Shown here piece by piece: positions 1-13,700 of a stretch of 64,000 bases of DNA. The notes under the pieces are model-generated. The model was not told the DNA's origin. It made no database searches and saw nothing but the letters and a program-made list of their open reading frames with translations. A program made the translations under genes and the position numbers. Source of the DNA: Macrostomum lignano. Its lineage: Eukaryota. The stretch covers positions 1-64,000 of the forward strand of contig NIVC01000526.1 in the NCBI GenBank assembly GCA_002269645.1, in the 5' to 3' direction. Each line of letters begins with the position of its first letter. Positions within the stretch are counted from its first letter, which is position 1.

Positions 1-437
<437 letters not shown>

Positions 438-505
438 CGAACGGATACGAAGATACGAACAGACAGGCAATAAATTTCCTGTAACATTCTCCCTCAAACG
501 CGCAG

Positions 506-2941
506 ACGCCTGACCACCATCAACCGCTGGCTCGAATCGAATGGCTACGACTTGCAGCAAATCTGGGCTGACATCGACGACGCGATTATCAAGACGGTGC
601 TGTCAGCGCACTCAGTGCTGAAGCACAATTATCGCACTTGCTTTCCGACTCACATGCGCGGCTCGGCCTGCTTCGAAATCCTCGGCTTCGACGTCATTCT
701 GGACAGGCGAATGAAACCCTTCGTGCTGGAGGTCAACCACAGCCCGTCATTCGCCACGGACTCCAGGCTCGACCGGGAGATTAAAGAGGCTCTAATCACT
801 GACACTTTTGGCCTCATTAACCTGGGCGCGGTGGATCGGCGGAAAATTCTGGAAGAAGAACGGCGACGCGTTCGCGACAGATTGACCCAGCGAAACAACA
901 AGAAAGAGTCCCGGTGAGTTTACATACAGTCTGTCTATTAGTGTGCTGCTCAGACGCAGAAACAATAAGCTGCAGACTGACAGTGTTCATTTTATTAAAC
1001 TTAATTAAACTAGTACCTTAGCGTCTGTGCGTGTCTAAAGAGCGACTTATGCATTGTTTATTTGTAGTGTAGTCTTCTTATTCCTTAATTTTAGTGTCCT
1101 TGGTGTGTATGGCTGTGTCTGCCTGTGTGTCTTAGTGTCTATCTGCATAGGCCTGAGCAATTCGCCATCGCCAGTGAGGATCAGGAGCGGGAGGCGGCCA
1201 AATTCGCCGAGTCACAGGAGCGCTACGAGCTGCAGCACCTCGGCAATTATCGGCGCATCTACCCGGGCCCGGACACGGACGCGCGATACCAGCCCTACCT
1301 GGCCCAGGCGGCCAGTCTGTATCAGGAGACCACGGCCACCAAGGCCAGAGCCGAGTGCGCGAAGCAGCAGCGCGAGAAGCTGACGAAGAAGCAGGAGAAG
1401 CCGCTCGCTGCGCCCGCAGCAGCTGCTGGTGGAGTCCGACGGCCGCAGAGGGCGCGTGCTCGAGTTCCAGGAGTGCAGGGTGGCGACTCCCGGACGCCAG
1501 TCGGAGGCGGTCAGGTGAATATTGATGATGATATGTAAGCATTTTTAACTCCGCCTTTGATCAGTTAAATCAACTAAGTGGCAAGAAATATATACTAGTA
1601 CAAGTAGTGCGATCACACATAAAATGGCTTTGTTCAATGGCAGTTTAAACGAGTCTTTTGTCTGAGTCAGGTACCAAAATAATGTAATATAAAGATTACT
1701 TCTTCCATTTCCCCTCGGCCACTTCTTTCCTACATTCAACTGCATGTGTCAAACTACAATTCGAATGAATAAAAACATTTGAGCCAACCCAAAAAAGCAA
1801 TTGCTTGACTTCGCTCAAGCAAGGGGGCTCCGGGCATCCGGGTACAGCGTGGAGGTACCCACACCCGCTCCGCTAACCCCTGGCGACCACGGGCAGCTAA
1901 TGCTGTGGTTACCTTAAGGGACAGTTAGGGGTGCAGAACGAGACAATGAGAAAAACAGTTCAATATTCTATTAAACTCCCAGCAGACATCACCGGCATCC
2001 GAAGAGTTGGTAGTTGGTAGTGGCAGCGGCTGGGAGCCGGAGTCAATTACTGACTCCGAGGAAATCGAACGGCTCTCCGGGCTACTTCAGCGGGACAGCC
2101 TGGTCCGCGGCCTCGGCGTGGCCGATCAGCTCAGACGCCTGCTGCTTCTGCGACAGCAGTCTTCTTCTTTTAATAGATCCGCCACCCGAGATGATGAAGA
2201 TGATGGAGGTGCGTCGGGAGTCTGGGGACGCCGATACCTGGACGAACTGTCCGTGCGGCTGGGCGCCGCAGCAATTGCCAATGGGCCGCAGCTCAGGCAA
2301 TCGAAAAAGCAGCAATCTCAAACTGGGTTCCGGAAGCAGAGTCAGCAAGGTCGTGGACTCGAATCCGCTGAGCAGCTCCGATTCGCATCGGCGTTTGTGC
2401 AGCCGCTGCCAACGCAGCAGGTTCTACAGCAGACTGGGAGCCGACGCGGAGGTGGTGAGTTGTTTAAATACGATTTTTAATCCTATATACTAAAAAATTA
2501 TTGATGAATCAATACTAATAGAATCATAGAATATCGCCACTGAAGATCTATTCAAGACGGATTAAGTGATTTACAGCTGTAGATTACACTGCTCAATGAC
2601 CGTTTCTGTTCATAACATAATTCATGTATTCATCAAATGAGATTCTTTTTCCTAGAAAATTCACTTGAAAATAAACTGGCTAACACTTACACCGCTCAAA
2701 AAGGCTTCTCCTCCTTGATTCAGGCGTAGGCAAATATTCAACGAATTCAAGACCGCCTCTGCCGCCACCGCCGCCGTCGGAGTTTCAATGGCAATTGGAA
2801 GCGTCGCCACCTGGACTTTCAATTATTTCAGCGCCAATACTCCATGGGAGTCAGAAACGAAAGCAGCAGCAACAGCAGCAGAGAGGCCGTCGAAGTTCCA
2901 ACAGTCCGACTATTGATAGAGGCCAAATATATTTTGGTTAG
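506..2941 (+). CDS. TTLL6: Tubulin polyglutamylase TTLL6/TTLL13-like, 3' part (5' exons lie upstream of the window). Exons 506-913, 1151-1514, 1986-2454, 2724-2941
   Basis: Translation gives IWADIDDAIIKTVLSAH..CFEILGFDVILDRRMKPFVLEVNHSPSF (TTL ATP-grasp motif), then GNYRRIYP and ERLSGLLQRDSLVRGLG, as recalled for TTLL6/13. Canonical ag/gt junctions with compatible phases (2,0,1). Stop TAG at 2939-2941. The last exon is less certain. Confidence 0.9.
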
Positions 2942-3329
2942 CCAGTTTCTTCAATAACTTGTCAAATGGGTTGAGAGAATCGAATCATCCTTTCAGTTTC
3001 AGCTAGTCACTGCAAACAGGCATGCTAGAATAATTTCTTTGAAGCAATCCATTTGGATTGGAATAAAGACTGAATAAAGATTACCTCCTAATTGCAGAAT
3101 GATAACTAAGGGCGGGGCGCTTTCGCAACACCAAAATTTCAAAAACATTGAAAATCCAAAAGTCAGCTGCATAGGGAGTACTTCACAATGCCGAAATTTC
3201 ACATCGAATTTGTGACATCTCATATAGACGCTCGTAACTAGAGTGCAATTCGGCGTGAAAATCCGGTGTTTTTGATAAAGGCTTATCAATTTTTTCGTCG
3301 GCAATCAAGCCCGCCAATCACCCTCTCCA

Positions 3330-3965
3330 ATTTCGTGGCGCTGTTATAGCTAGCGACTTCCAATCAACCTTCCGCGCGGGTAAGAGATGGTTTAGCTTAT
3401 CTATTGTCTCATCGACCGTCAACCCCACCAGCCACCCCCCCTCAAATTGAGTGGCGCTGTTAGCTAGCGACTTTCAGCCAACCCTTCTGCGCGGGTAAGA
3501 GATGGTTGAAGCTTATCGATTTTAGTGGCGCTGTTAGCTAGCGACTTTCAGCCAACCCTTCTGCGCGGGTAAGAGATGGTTGAAGCTTATCGATTTTAGT
3601 GGCGCTGTTAGCTAGCGACTTTCAGCCAACCCTTCTGCGCGGGTAAGAGATGGTTGAAGCTTATCGATTTTAGTGGCGCTGTTAGCTAGCGACTTTCAGC
3701 CAACCCTTCTGCGCGGGTAAGAGATGGTTGAAGCTTATCGATTTTAGTGGTGCTGTTAGCTAGCGACTTTCAGCCAACCCTTCTGCGCGGGTAAGAGATG
3801 GTTGAAGCTTATCGATTTTAGTGGTGCTGTTAGCTAGCGACTTTCAGCCAACCCTTCTGCGCGGGTAAGAGATGGTTGAAGCTTATCGATTTTAGTGGCG
3901 CTGTTAGCTAGCGACTTTCAGCCAACCCTTCTGCGCGGGTAAGAGATGGTTGAAGCTTATCGATT
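3330..3965. repeat. 74-bp tandem repeat (about 7 near-identical copies plus a degenerate one)
   Basis: Unit ttttagtggcgctgttagctagcgactttcagccaacccttctgcgcgggtaagagatggttgaagcttatcga; period 74 (gtggcg at 3525 and 3599). Confidence 0.95.
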
Positions 3966-4882
3966 TTTTCGTCGGCGTCAACCCCAACCCTCTATTTTTT
4001 GCAAACGCCGCTAACCCATACTTAATTACCCCTCGGTTTTGCATGGTGGATTCGCCTTATCTATTTTAAAGGCTAAGCCTCTATACGAGTTTTCCTACCC
4101 CTGACGATCCCTGGAATTAATGTGATGCCTGTCCTGCCAAAATATATTTGAGATTGAGACTAGGAGCGAATAATACTTCTAAGAGTATGCATAGCAGGGC
4201 GCATGATTTTATCTCTGGCAGATTTGCAATGGTTTTTTGTTGTTGGAATGAGTCAGAAATGTACTACAAATTGACTGTTCATATTATGCTTGAATATACA
4301 TGCTACGTGAAAAGAAAATCGAATACTTGTCTCATGGTTGTTTTGTAACTAAATGCTTTATACTTCTAACTCGCTACGTTTTCTCATGTAGCACTGTAGC
4401 ATTGGTTGTAGCTCGTAATTTTATTAAACAAAAAAATAGCAACGTAACGCAACACAACGTAATGCGCCACTGTAAAATATGTTGGACTTCATTTCACCAA
4501 TACCTTTTCAATGGATGTTTGAAATGACTAACGTTTACTGTTGTTGCTCTTTCACTTTTGCAATGTAAATGCTGATTAGTTGGTTCAGTGTATTCTTATG
4601 CAGAATTTTTTCAATCAACAAATAATAATACAGGAATCAAGAAACATAAACGCCTAAAATTATTAATATCAAAAAATTTCTGAAAATTCTGAAACAAAAT
4701 AAGGAAGGTTGCATAAGGGTTGTTATTCATTTTGTCTATGGCTTTAAACTGATAGCAGGGCTCTATTAAAAATGACGTTGTGCTCAAGCCGCTACTATGA
4801 GAGACTCGGCTCTTTTTCTATTTGTGAAAATAAAAAACGGCGTTATAGAAGATATACGACGTAGATAAAGAAAGCAGAAAGC

Positions 4883-5080
4883 ATGAGCTATCCCCACAGC
4901 CTTGCTACAGGCGACTTCGGACCAGTCAAAGAACCTGGCAACGACGTGGAACAGTTCGACGGACGTATTGAGGTGGCAGCATTTGTGTTCACCTGCCTAG
5001 TCATGGCCTTAGTGTTCGGCCTTGTGTACTGGAATCGAGCCCGGCAGACTGCGCGAACAACTCTTCCAATTGGCCTTTGA
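4883..5080 (+). CDS. Possible small single-pass membrane protein (65 aa)
   Basis: ATG-initiated ORF with one hydrophobic segment (VAAFVFTCLVMALVFGLVYW) followed by basic residues (RARQTAR). AATAAA signals near 5550-5570. No homology recognised. Confidence 0.3.
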   Translation: MSYPHSLATGDFGPVKEPGNDVEQFDGRIEVAAFVFTCLVMALVFGLVYWNRARQTARTTLPIGL

Positions 5081-5835
5081 TTGGCCTGTACGTAAGCCTT
5101 GAGCCATGGAGCGTTGTTTTGTCAATTTAATCTTGCGTTGGCTCATTACTGTACATTTAATATACGCTCGTACAGAGTTGAACTTTATCTCACTTCAAAC
5201 TATGTTGTTAATCCAGGAAACTGTGCCATATGCCTTACCTATAGTTCTGGAGAAATGCATTTAATCCGTGACAATTTTTTCCGCGAACCTGCATGTATAT
5301 GAAGCAACGCATGCAAGTGAATGAAGTTCAATAATAGCGGTGCCTTGCTGAGGCTTTTGCCAGAGCGATATTGCGATGCTTCCCTGAAGTTAAAGATCTT
5401 TAGATATCTGCTTTTTGTTGCTATTGGAGATGTATATTTATCACAATGTCCCCAAAAACTACCAACAACAGACGCAGTCCAAAAGGGTCTGAAAGTTCAA
5501 GGGAAATTCGGCCTCATCTGGTGGTGTCGGTATGAAAAAATCTAAAAATAAATTCATCCAACGGCTAATAAACTCTGTGATGCTATTAAACAAACTACAA
5601 ACTCGTATATATGATGCTAGTACATGCATAATAACTGTTGTTCCTTAGCGACGATTCAATTCAAATTGAATAACACAGAGCCCAAGCACATGACTAATTT
5701 GAATGCGGAACAGTGACGCTTTCAGCTGTTATTGATAAAGCGTGCCGAAATACTGCGGAACAGATGGGATAAATCAGATACACAACAAAAGTGTATTTTG
5801 CAATCCGATTTATTCAAGAAGTTTACAACAGATCA

Positions 5836-6277
5836 CAAATACGAGAATAACTACATGGGCCACTCAGCACATTTGCATGCAAGCTACTTTCAGTTCAGTA
5901 GTAAGGTAAACAGAAGCATTTTATGCATTTTTAAAACCAACTTGGCTCTTACCCCAGCTTAAACCCTCCAACTGCTCCTTTCCATTCTACCCCCGCCCCC
6001 CGCCTGCCCCAATTTTTATTGCCTTTCTCGGAATTTCAGCATAAAGCTGCTATATACATTTCAGTGGACTGGCTAATGTACATTACTCCTGAACCAATTA
6101 GCAAGTTGTTTACGCCTGCAAGCTTGGCTTCTAAACCTATCAAAGTCATTTCAGCTGCCTTTCTTATATATTTTTAAAAATAGCTTATGCATTCTTATTT
6201 GCTACTGAACTGAAAGTAGAAAGCTGTTTTACTAAGCATATATGCCTGTGCAGCCCATCTAGTTATTTTTGTATCTG
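5836..6277. mobile_element. MITE-like element, copy 1 (about 440 bp, about 25-bp TIRs)
   Basis: Ends caaatacgagaataactacatgggc ... gcccatctagttatttttgtatctg are imperfect inverted repeats. The whole element is homologous to 61534-61982. Confidence 0.75.
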
Positions 6278-6904
6278 TACAACACAAAACATTTGACAAT
6301 TAGACACAAGCAAAGAGGAAAAGGGGATTGATTGAAAACGGTATCTAAAAGCTTTAGGTTTGACACACTCAAAGACAGATTTAGTAGTTCAAGCCAGTAC
6401 ACTAATGAGAATAAGTTCGACTAGCTGTTTATTACGGTACGAGCGTAAAGACAAAATCTCACAAATGCGTTTTTTAAATTGCAGTATTTTTATGAGAAAT
6501 CTAAATTGCGAAAATATGAAACACAATAAACACTGAATTATTTGGATTGTGGATTTTGATATTTTGTAAACCTTTGGACCAGAGAAATTTTCGAATGAAT
6601 TTATCGGTTATAACTAATTTATCTTGAGACAAACAATAGTAAAACAACAACTATTGGATATTGAATAGAAAGCGAAACATCAAATAAAACAATTAGAAAA
6701 CTTAAGGGCGCGACTCCCCTTTATTTGTGTTATTTAACGCTGATAAGAAGACGTCGCAGATGCTCGTCAATCACTCAATCAGGGGCCAGTTTGTTGGGAA
6801 TTCTGAAATTCACATTTACAAATTGCTTTTTCGGTAGATCAGGAGTCGGAAAACTTTATTTACCCCGAGGGCCAGATAGGGAAGCTAGCGCATGACTGCA
6901 GGCT

Positions 6905-7477
6905 AGAGGAGGGGAAAAGAGGAGAGGGAATAAAGGAGAAGAGAGGAGTGGAAAGATAAATAAGAGAGGAGAAGGGAGAAAAGGGAGAGGAGAGAAGAGA
7001 GGAAAGGAGAGAAGAGGAGAGGAGAGAGGAAAGGGGAGAAGAGGAGAGGAGAGAAAAAAGGAGGATAGGAGAGAAGAGGAGAGAGGAAAGGAGAGAAGAG
7101 GAGGAGAGGAAAGGAGAGAAGAGGAGAGAGGAAAGGAGAGAAGAGGAGGAGAGAGGAAAGGAGAGAAGAGGAGAGAGGAAAGGAGAGAAGAGGAGGAGAG
7201 AGGAAAGGAGAGAAGAGGAGAGAGGAAAGGAGAGAAGAGGAGGAGAGAGGAAAGGAGAGAAGAGGAGAGAGGAAAGGAGAGAAGAGGAGGAGAGAGGAAA
7301 GGAGAGAAGAGGAGAGAGGAAAGGAGAGAAGAGGAGGAGAGAGGAAAGGAGAGAAGAGGAGGAGAGAGAAAAGGAGAGAAGAGGAGGAGAGATGAAAGGA
7401 GAGAAGAGGAGAGGAGAGAGGAGAGGAGAGAAAAAGGAGGAGAGGAGAGAAGAGGAGAGAGGAAAGAAGAGAGGAGA
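6905..7477. repeat. Purine-rich (GGAGA/AAGAG) low-complexity tract
   Basis: Almost only A and G on the + strand. Confidence 0.95.
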
Positions 7478-7740
7478 TTCGACTAGGGATCTGAGAAGAG
7501 ACACCAACCTCGAGCGGGCCGGATTGCTATTGTGAAGTTTAAAATAACCCGAGAGCCGGATGGAGAGGCTTCGCGTAGATCAACATCAACCTCAATAAAG
7601 AATACTCAAAACACCCTTAGTCTGGAGCACTATAGTTCACAACTTTAAAGCAAAAATTATAGCTATATTACATGCTGCTTAATAACTATTAATTGTCACG
7701 ACAGCATTAAACTAAGCAAGTAACCATGCATTCGACAGTT

Positions 7741-10700
7741 TCAACTCACATCGATGCCTTCATCCGGGTGCTCCCTGTTGTACTGCTCCTCGAACTGTCT
7801 GAGCTCTTCCTCGTTGAACGGCTTGTCTTCATCACTCTCTTCCGCAGTCTGTTGATTAACAAGGGCATTGGTGCGGTTTTATATAGTTTGATTCGGGATA
7901 GTTTCGGTTTCAGATAAACAGATTGGGATAGTTTTGGTTTCAGATCATCAGATTCGGGATGGTTTCGGTTTCATATCATCAGGTTGGGGATGGTTTCGGT
8001 TTTAGATCATCAGATTCGGGATAGTTTTGGTTTATATTAATCAGATTCGGGATAGTTTCGGTTTCAGATCATCAGATTCGGAATGGTTTCGGTTTCATAT
8101 CATCAGGTTGGGGATGGTTTCGGTTTCAGATCATCAGGTTGGGGTTGGTTTCGGTTTCAAATCATTGGATTCGGGACGATTTTAGGGTAAAAATATTGAA
8201 AATCTGCAGCACAAAGGCTCTCAGACTCACCTTCCATTCTTCATCTTTGTTCGCCTCTTGGCTGCTAATCCAGGCATTAAACTCCTCCCAACTGACCATC
8301 CTATCCTTGTTCTTGTCCAGTCTCATGAGCACAGCCCGGCGCATCCGCTCCATCTCGTGCTGCCGTTCCACCCGATCAACCGTTGTGTCATTCTCCTTGC
8401 TGTACACTTTGTCCAGCTGTAGGGTCGAAAAATGATTTAGCAGAGTGAATTTTATCTCTATATCTATCTAATCTATCTACCTCAGCTCCCTCCTTCTATC
8501 TACCTCAGTTCCCTCCTTCTATCTACCTCAGCTCCCTTCCTCTATCGACCTCAGCTCCCTCCTTCTATCTACATCAGTTCCCTTCATCTATCTACCTCAG
8601 TTCCCTTCCTCTATCTACCTCAGCTCCCTCCTTCTATCTACCTCAGTTCCCTCCCTCTATCTACCTCAGCTCCCTTCCTCTATCTACCCCAGTTCCCTTC
8701 CTCTATCTACCTCAGCTCCCTCCCTCTATCTACCTCAGCTCCCTCCCTCTATCTACCTCAGCTCCCTTCCTCTATCTACCTCAGCTCCCTCCTTCTATCT
8801 ACCTCAGTTCCCTCCTTCTATCTACCTCAGCTCCCTCCTTCTATCTACCTCAGTTCCCTTCCTCTATCTACCTCAGCTCCCTTCCTCTATCGACCTCAGC
8901 TCCCTCCTTCTATCTACATCAGTTCCCTTCATCTATCTACCTCAGTTCCCTTCCTCTATCTACCTCAGCTCCCTTCCTCTATCTACCTCAGCTCCCTCCT
9001 TCTATCTACCTCAGTTCCCTCCTTCTATCTACCTCAGTTCCCTCCCTCTATCTACCTCAGCTCCCTTCCTCTATCGACCTCAGCTCCCTCCTTCTATCTA
9101 CATCAGTTCCCTTCATCTATCTACCTCAGTTCCCTTCCTCTATCTACCTCAGCTCCCTTCCTCTATCTACCTCAGCTCCCTCCTTCTATCTACCTCAGTT
9201 CCCTCCCTCTATCTACCTCAGCTCCCTTCCTCTATCTACCCCAGTTCCCTTCCTCTATCTACCTCAGCTCCCTCCCTCTATCTACCTCAGCTCCCTCCCT
9301 CTATCTACCTCAGCTCCCTTCCTCTATCTACCTCAGCTCCCTCCTTCTATCTACCTCAGTTCCCTCCTTCTATCTACCTCAGCTCCCTCCTTCTATCTAC
9401 CTCAGTTCCCTTCCTCTATCTACCTCAGCTCCCTTCCTCTATCGACCTCAGCTCCCTCCTTCTATCTACATCAGTTCCCTTCATCTATCTACCTCAGTTC
9501 CCTTCCTCTATCTACCTCAGCTCCCTTCCTCTATCTACCTCAGCTCCCTCCTTCTATCTACCTCAGTTCCCTCCTTCTATCTACCTCAGTTCCCTCCTCT
9601 ATCTACCTCAGCTCCCTCCCTCTATTTACCTCAGTTCCCTCCCTCTATCTACCTCAGTTCCCTCCTTCTATCTACCTCAGCTCCCTCCTTCTATCTACCT
9701 CAGCTCCCTCCTTCTATCTACCTCAGCTCCCTCCTTCTATCTACCTCAGCTCCCTCCTTCTATCTACCTCAGCTCCCTCCTTCTATCTACCTCAGTTCCC
9801 TCCTTCTATCTATTTCAGCTCCCTCCTTCTATCTACCTCAGCTCCCTCCCTCTATCGACCTCAGCTCCCTCCTTCTATCTACATCAGTTCCCTTCATCTA
9901 TCTACCTCAGTTCCCTTCCTCTATCTACCTCAGCTCCCTTCCTCTACGAGTATCTACCTCAGCTCCCTCCCTCTATCTACCTCAGTTCCCTCCTTCTATC
10001 TACCTCACTTCCCTCACTCTATCTACCTCAGTTCCCTCCTTCTATCTACCTCACTTCCCTCCCTCTATCTACCTCAGTTCCCTCCCTCTATCTACCTCAG
10101 CTCCCTCCCTCTATCTACCTCAGTTCCCTCCTTCTATCTACCTCACTTCCCTCACTCTATCTACCTCAGTTCCCTCCTTCTATCTACATCAGTTCCCTCC
10201 TTCTATCTACCTCAGTTCCCTCCCTCTATCTACCTCAGTTCCCTCCTTCTATCTACCTCAGTTCCCTCCTTCTATCTACCTCAGCTCCCTCCCTCTATCT
10301 ACCTCAGTTCCCTCCTTCTATCTACCTCAGCTCCCTCCCTCTATCTACCTCAGCTCCCTCCTTCTATCTACATCAGTTCCCTCCCTCTATCTACCTCAGC
10401 TCCCTCCTTCTATCTACCTCAGTTCCCTCCTTCTATCTACCTCAGCTCCCTCCTTCTATCTACCTCAGTTCCCTCCTTCTATCTACCTCAGCTCCCTCCC
10501 TCTATCTACCTCAGCTCCCTCCTTCTATCTACATCAGTTCCCTCCCTCTATCTACCTCAGTTCCCTCCTATCTACCTCAGCTCCCTCCCTCTATCTACCT
10601 CAGCTAACTCCCACTATCTACATCAGTTCCCTCCTTCGATATACCTCAGTTCCCTTTCTCTATCGACCTCAGTTCCCTTCCTCTATCTACATCGACGAGG

Positions 10701-13700
10701 CCAACCTCTTTCCAAAACAAGGCTTCGATTTCGTTCACATCCATGTGTCCATCGCCATTGATATCTGTAAGAGATCGAAAGACAGATTTAAGTTAAAATA
10801 GTTGGTGAATTAGCAATAAACTTCAAATTTAATAATCAGTTTGGGTGCTATTGACTAACCGTGTAGCATAAAGAACGCCTTTGGATCAAAGGAGTCTCGA
10901 TCCATTCGATCGCCCTTCTCCCAGGCTTCTTTTAGTTGTTCGCGACTGCCCTGAAATTTATGAATATGTATAGTAAAAGTAAGAATGTGAGCGCTATCAT
11001 TTTTGGCAAAGATAGAGTCAAATTCATGGAGGAAACAATAGAATGGAGTGCTAATCTGAGCCAGTTATTTCTGTCTCGCTTGATGTTCACTTTTCGGATC
11101 CCTTCCCCCCCGTTCCTTCCTATTGGCTCGTGACTGTCATAGACAACCCCCCGTTCCTTCCTATTGGCTCGTGACTGTCATAGACAACCCCCCGTTCCTT
11201 CCTATTGGCTCGTGACTGTCATAGACAACCCCCCGTTCCTTCCTATTGGCTCGTGACTGTCATAGACAACCCCCCGTTCCTTCCTATTGGCTCGTGACTG
11301 TCATAGACAACCCCCCGTTCCTTCCTATTGGCTCGTGACTGTCATAGACAAAGTCATTTTCGTTTTCGCCCCCGTCTGAAAGGTCTGTCCCTGCCATAGA
11401 TCTTATATTTCCTAGATAGGCCACTCTCAATGAATTCAATTGGAAAAGACCGATCACGCAAATTGCAAGAAAATCTATTTAAGCCGACAGCGCCTGAGAC
11501 AAGTCTGAGGTCAGTAGCTTAAGGGACATGTATTTCATTTGCATGTTTAACTGTTTTGTTTGACTAACAATTTTCCATTCGTTGGCTTAAGTGAAATATA
11601 CATCATTATACATCATTTGCAAGCATTATACTGAAAATAGCTAAATATGCCTTTAAAAAACTCTTGATACGCGCACAAGCTACTGACCTGGTACCGTGGT
11701 CGTAAAAACTGTCAAGAAATACAATTCGGCCCTATATGGGCATGCTTGTGGTCGCTGAGTGGCTTATCTAGGAAATATAAGATATATGGTCCCAGCATAG
11801 TACGAGCTCACATCAAAATATGCTTTCAGCCAATAGGAAGGACCGGGGAAAAGGGATGCTAAAAGTGAAGAACGAGCGAGACAAAAATAACTGACTCAGA
11901 TTAGCACTCCATTCTATTCTTTCCTTCATGGTCAAATTCCACTCCAGACACTATTCGATTAGAGCTTCACTGCTCACCGGTTGATGCACCCGCTCGTGCC
12001 TGCGGTGCCGTTCCCTCTCAGCCCGCATCTGCTGTTCGGCCGCTTCCCGCGCTTTCTTATCCTTGATGCGGCGCAGTCTGGCCCGCCGGCTGTGCTCCTT
12101 GCCCATCTCGTAGCGTTTGTACTCGGCCTCGCGCGCCTGGTCCACCTGGTCAATGTCCTGCGTCACCTGGTTAATTAGCTTCTGCAGGTCAGCTATTTCG
12201 AATGTGTGCGGTTTCGAATGGTCCAGATGAGCCCGTTTGATTGTAGCCTCGTCCAGGCTCTGCAGCCCAAAGCGGAACTTGGCGCGGGACGCTTTGCCTG
12301 GGTTGGCCTGAGAGCGCAAGCGGTGTTGAGATACTTGGCAATTGCTTCGTAAGCAGAGAGGAAGATTGAGAAACAAGAGAGAAATTAAAACTTGCTATTA
12401 GCCCAATGAAAACAATACCTAGGCCAAGAAGCCTCCCAGAGTCACGTGCGTCGCCCAGGGTCGTTTCAGAATCGTTGCAGATGACACAGGTAAAATTAGC
12501 AAACCAGTTGAAAACTTTACTGTGACAATGATCGCTAAAAAGTCGTTACAAACAACTCACTAGTGACTCTAGCGACTCTAGGGCGACTCTAGTGACTTCT
12601 TACTGACTCAAACGCATCTAATGCGACTGTTGCGTCACAAGCGTGTCACGTGAGTTTTAGAATTGTAAAAGAGTCGCGAAAGAGTCGTCCAAGAATCGTT
12701 GTGTTCGCGCTTAACTTCTTTCCTATTTTACCTGTGTTACCTGCAACGACTCTGAAATGACTCTGGCCGGACGATCCCGTTTTTATCGGGAAAGAATTGG
12801 CTTTAAACGACTCTAAAACGACGGGATGTTACGGCACAAGTGGCCTAAAAGTCGTCAAAGAGTGAAGCGTTTTGTTGTCTGCGACTATGAAACGATTCTG
12901 GGGCGACGGTATAACGACTCTGGGGTCCGTAGAGTTGCAATTGAGGCATGTTAGAAACGCTGTAGAGTCACCGAGTTGTGTTTGAAGCGCATTCACATCG
13001 CTTCATTAACCAGAGTCACATCTCTAGAGAAAGTCAGCGCCAACACATCGATTCTTGGACGACTCTTTCGCGACTCTTTTACGATTCTACAACTTACGTG
13101 ACGCGCTTGTGACGCAACAGTCGCCTCTCCGTCACATTAGACGCGTTTGAGTTGTTAAAAAGTCACAAGAGTCGCTTCAAAGTAGCAACAGTCACTAGAC
13201 AGTTGTTTCCAAAGACTTTTTAGCGATTCTTGTCACGGTAACGTTTTCAACGGGTGGACAGAGGTCAGCTGGAGGATGGTGATAAATGTGACTAAAAATA
13301 GTTAAGAACTGCTCAAGACGTAAGCGATTCAATTACTGAAGTCCAAGAAGTTCAGGCTAGTTGAATATCGAGTAAACAAAACAGAAATAAATTCACACCT
13401 TTAAGGCCAGCTTGTCTTCAAGCGCTTTTTCAAGCTCATTGAGTCGTTCCACCTCCTGTCGTTTGATCTCGTCAAGGCGGTTGCGCACGGAGTGGCTGGC
13501 GAATTCAAGCTGGTTAGCCATTTCGTCGGACTGATGGATTGAGATTTAGGCAATACACATTGAAGCTGGTGAATTTAGTCATTTATTATACTGGTGTTAA
13601 TTGAAAGTCCAAAGATCATTCCAACACTCACATCATTCATACTTCGAAGTCGATTGGCGAATTCTTTGTCGCTCTCCATGGCGCTAATCACTTCGGACAG

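Noticed and set aside
6860-7507. 215-aa Leu/Ser/Phe-rich ORF
   Set aside because: Antisense reading of the purine-rich low-complexity tract.
7483-7590. Alternative last NUCB exon (VDVDLREASP..SDP*)
   Set aside because: The acceptor is weak (gag), there is no recognisable similarity, and an in-frame stop at 7741 explains the gene end more simply.
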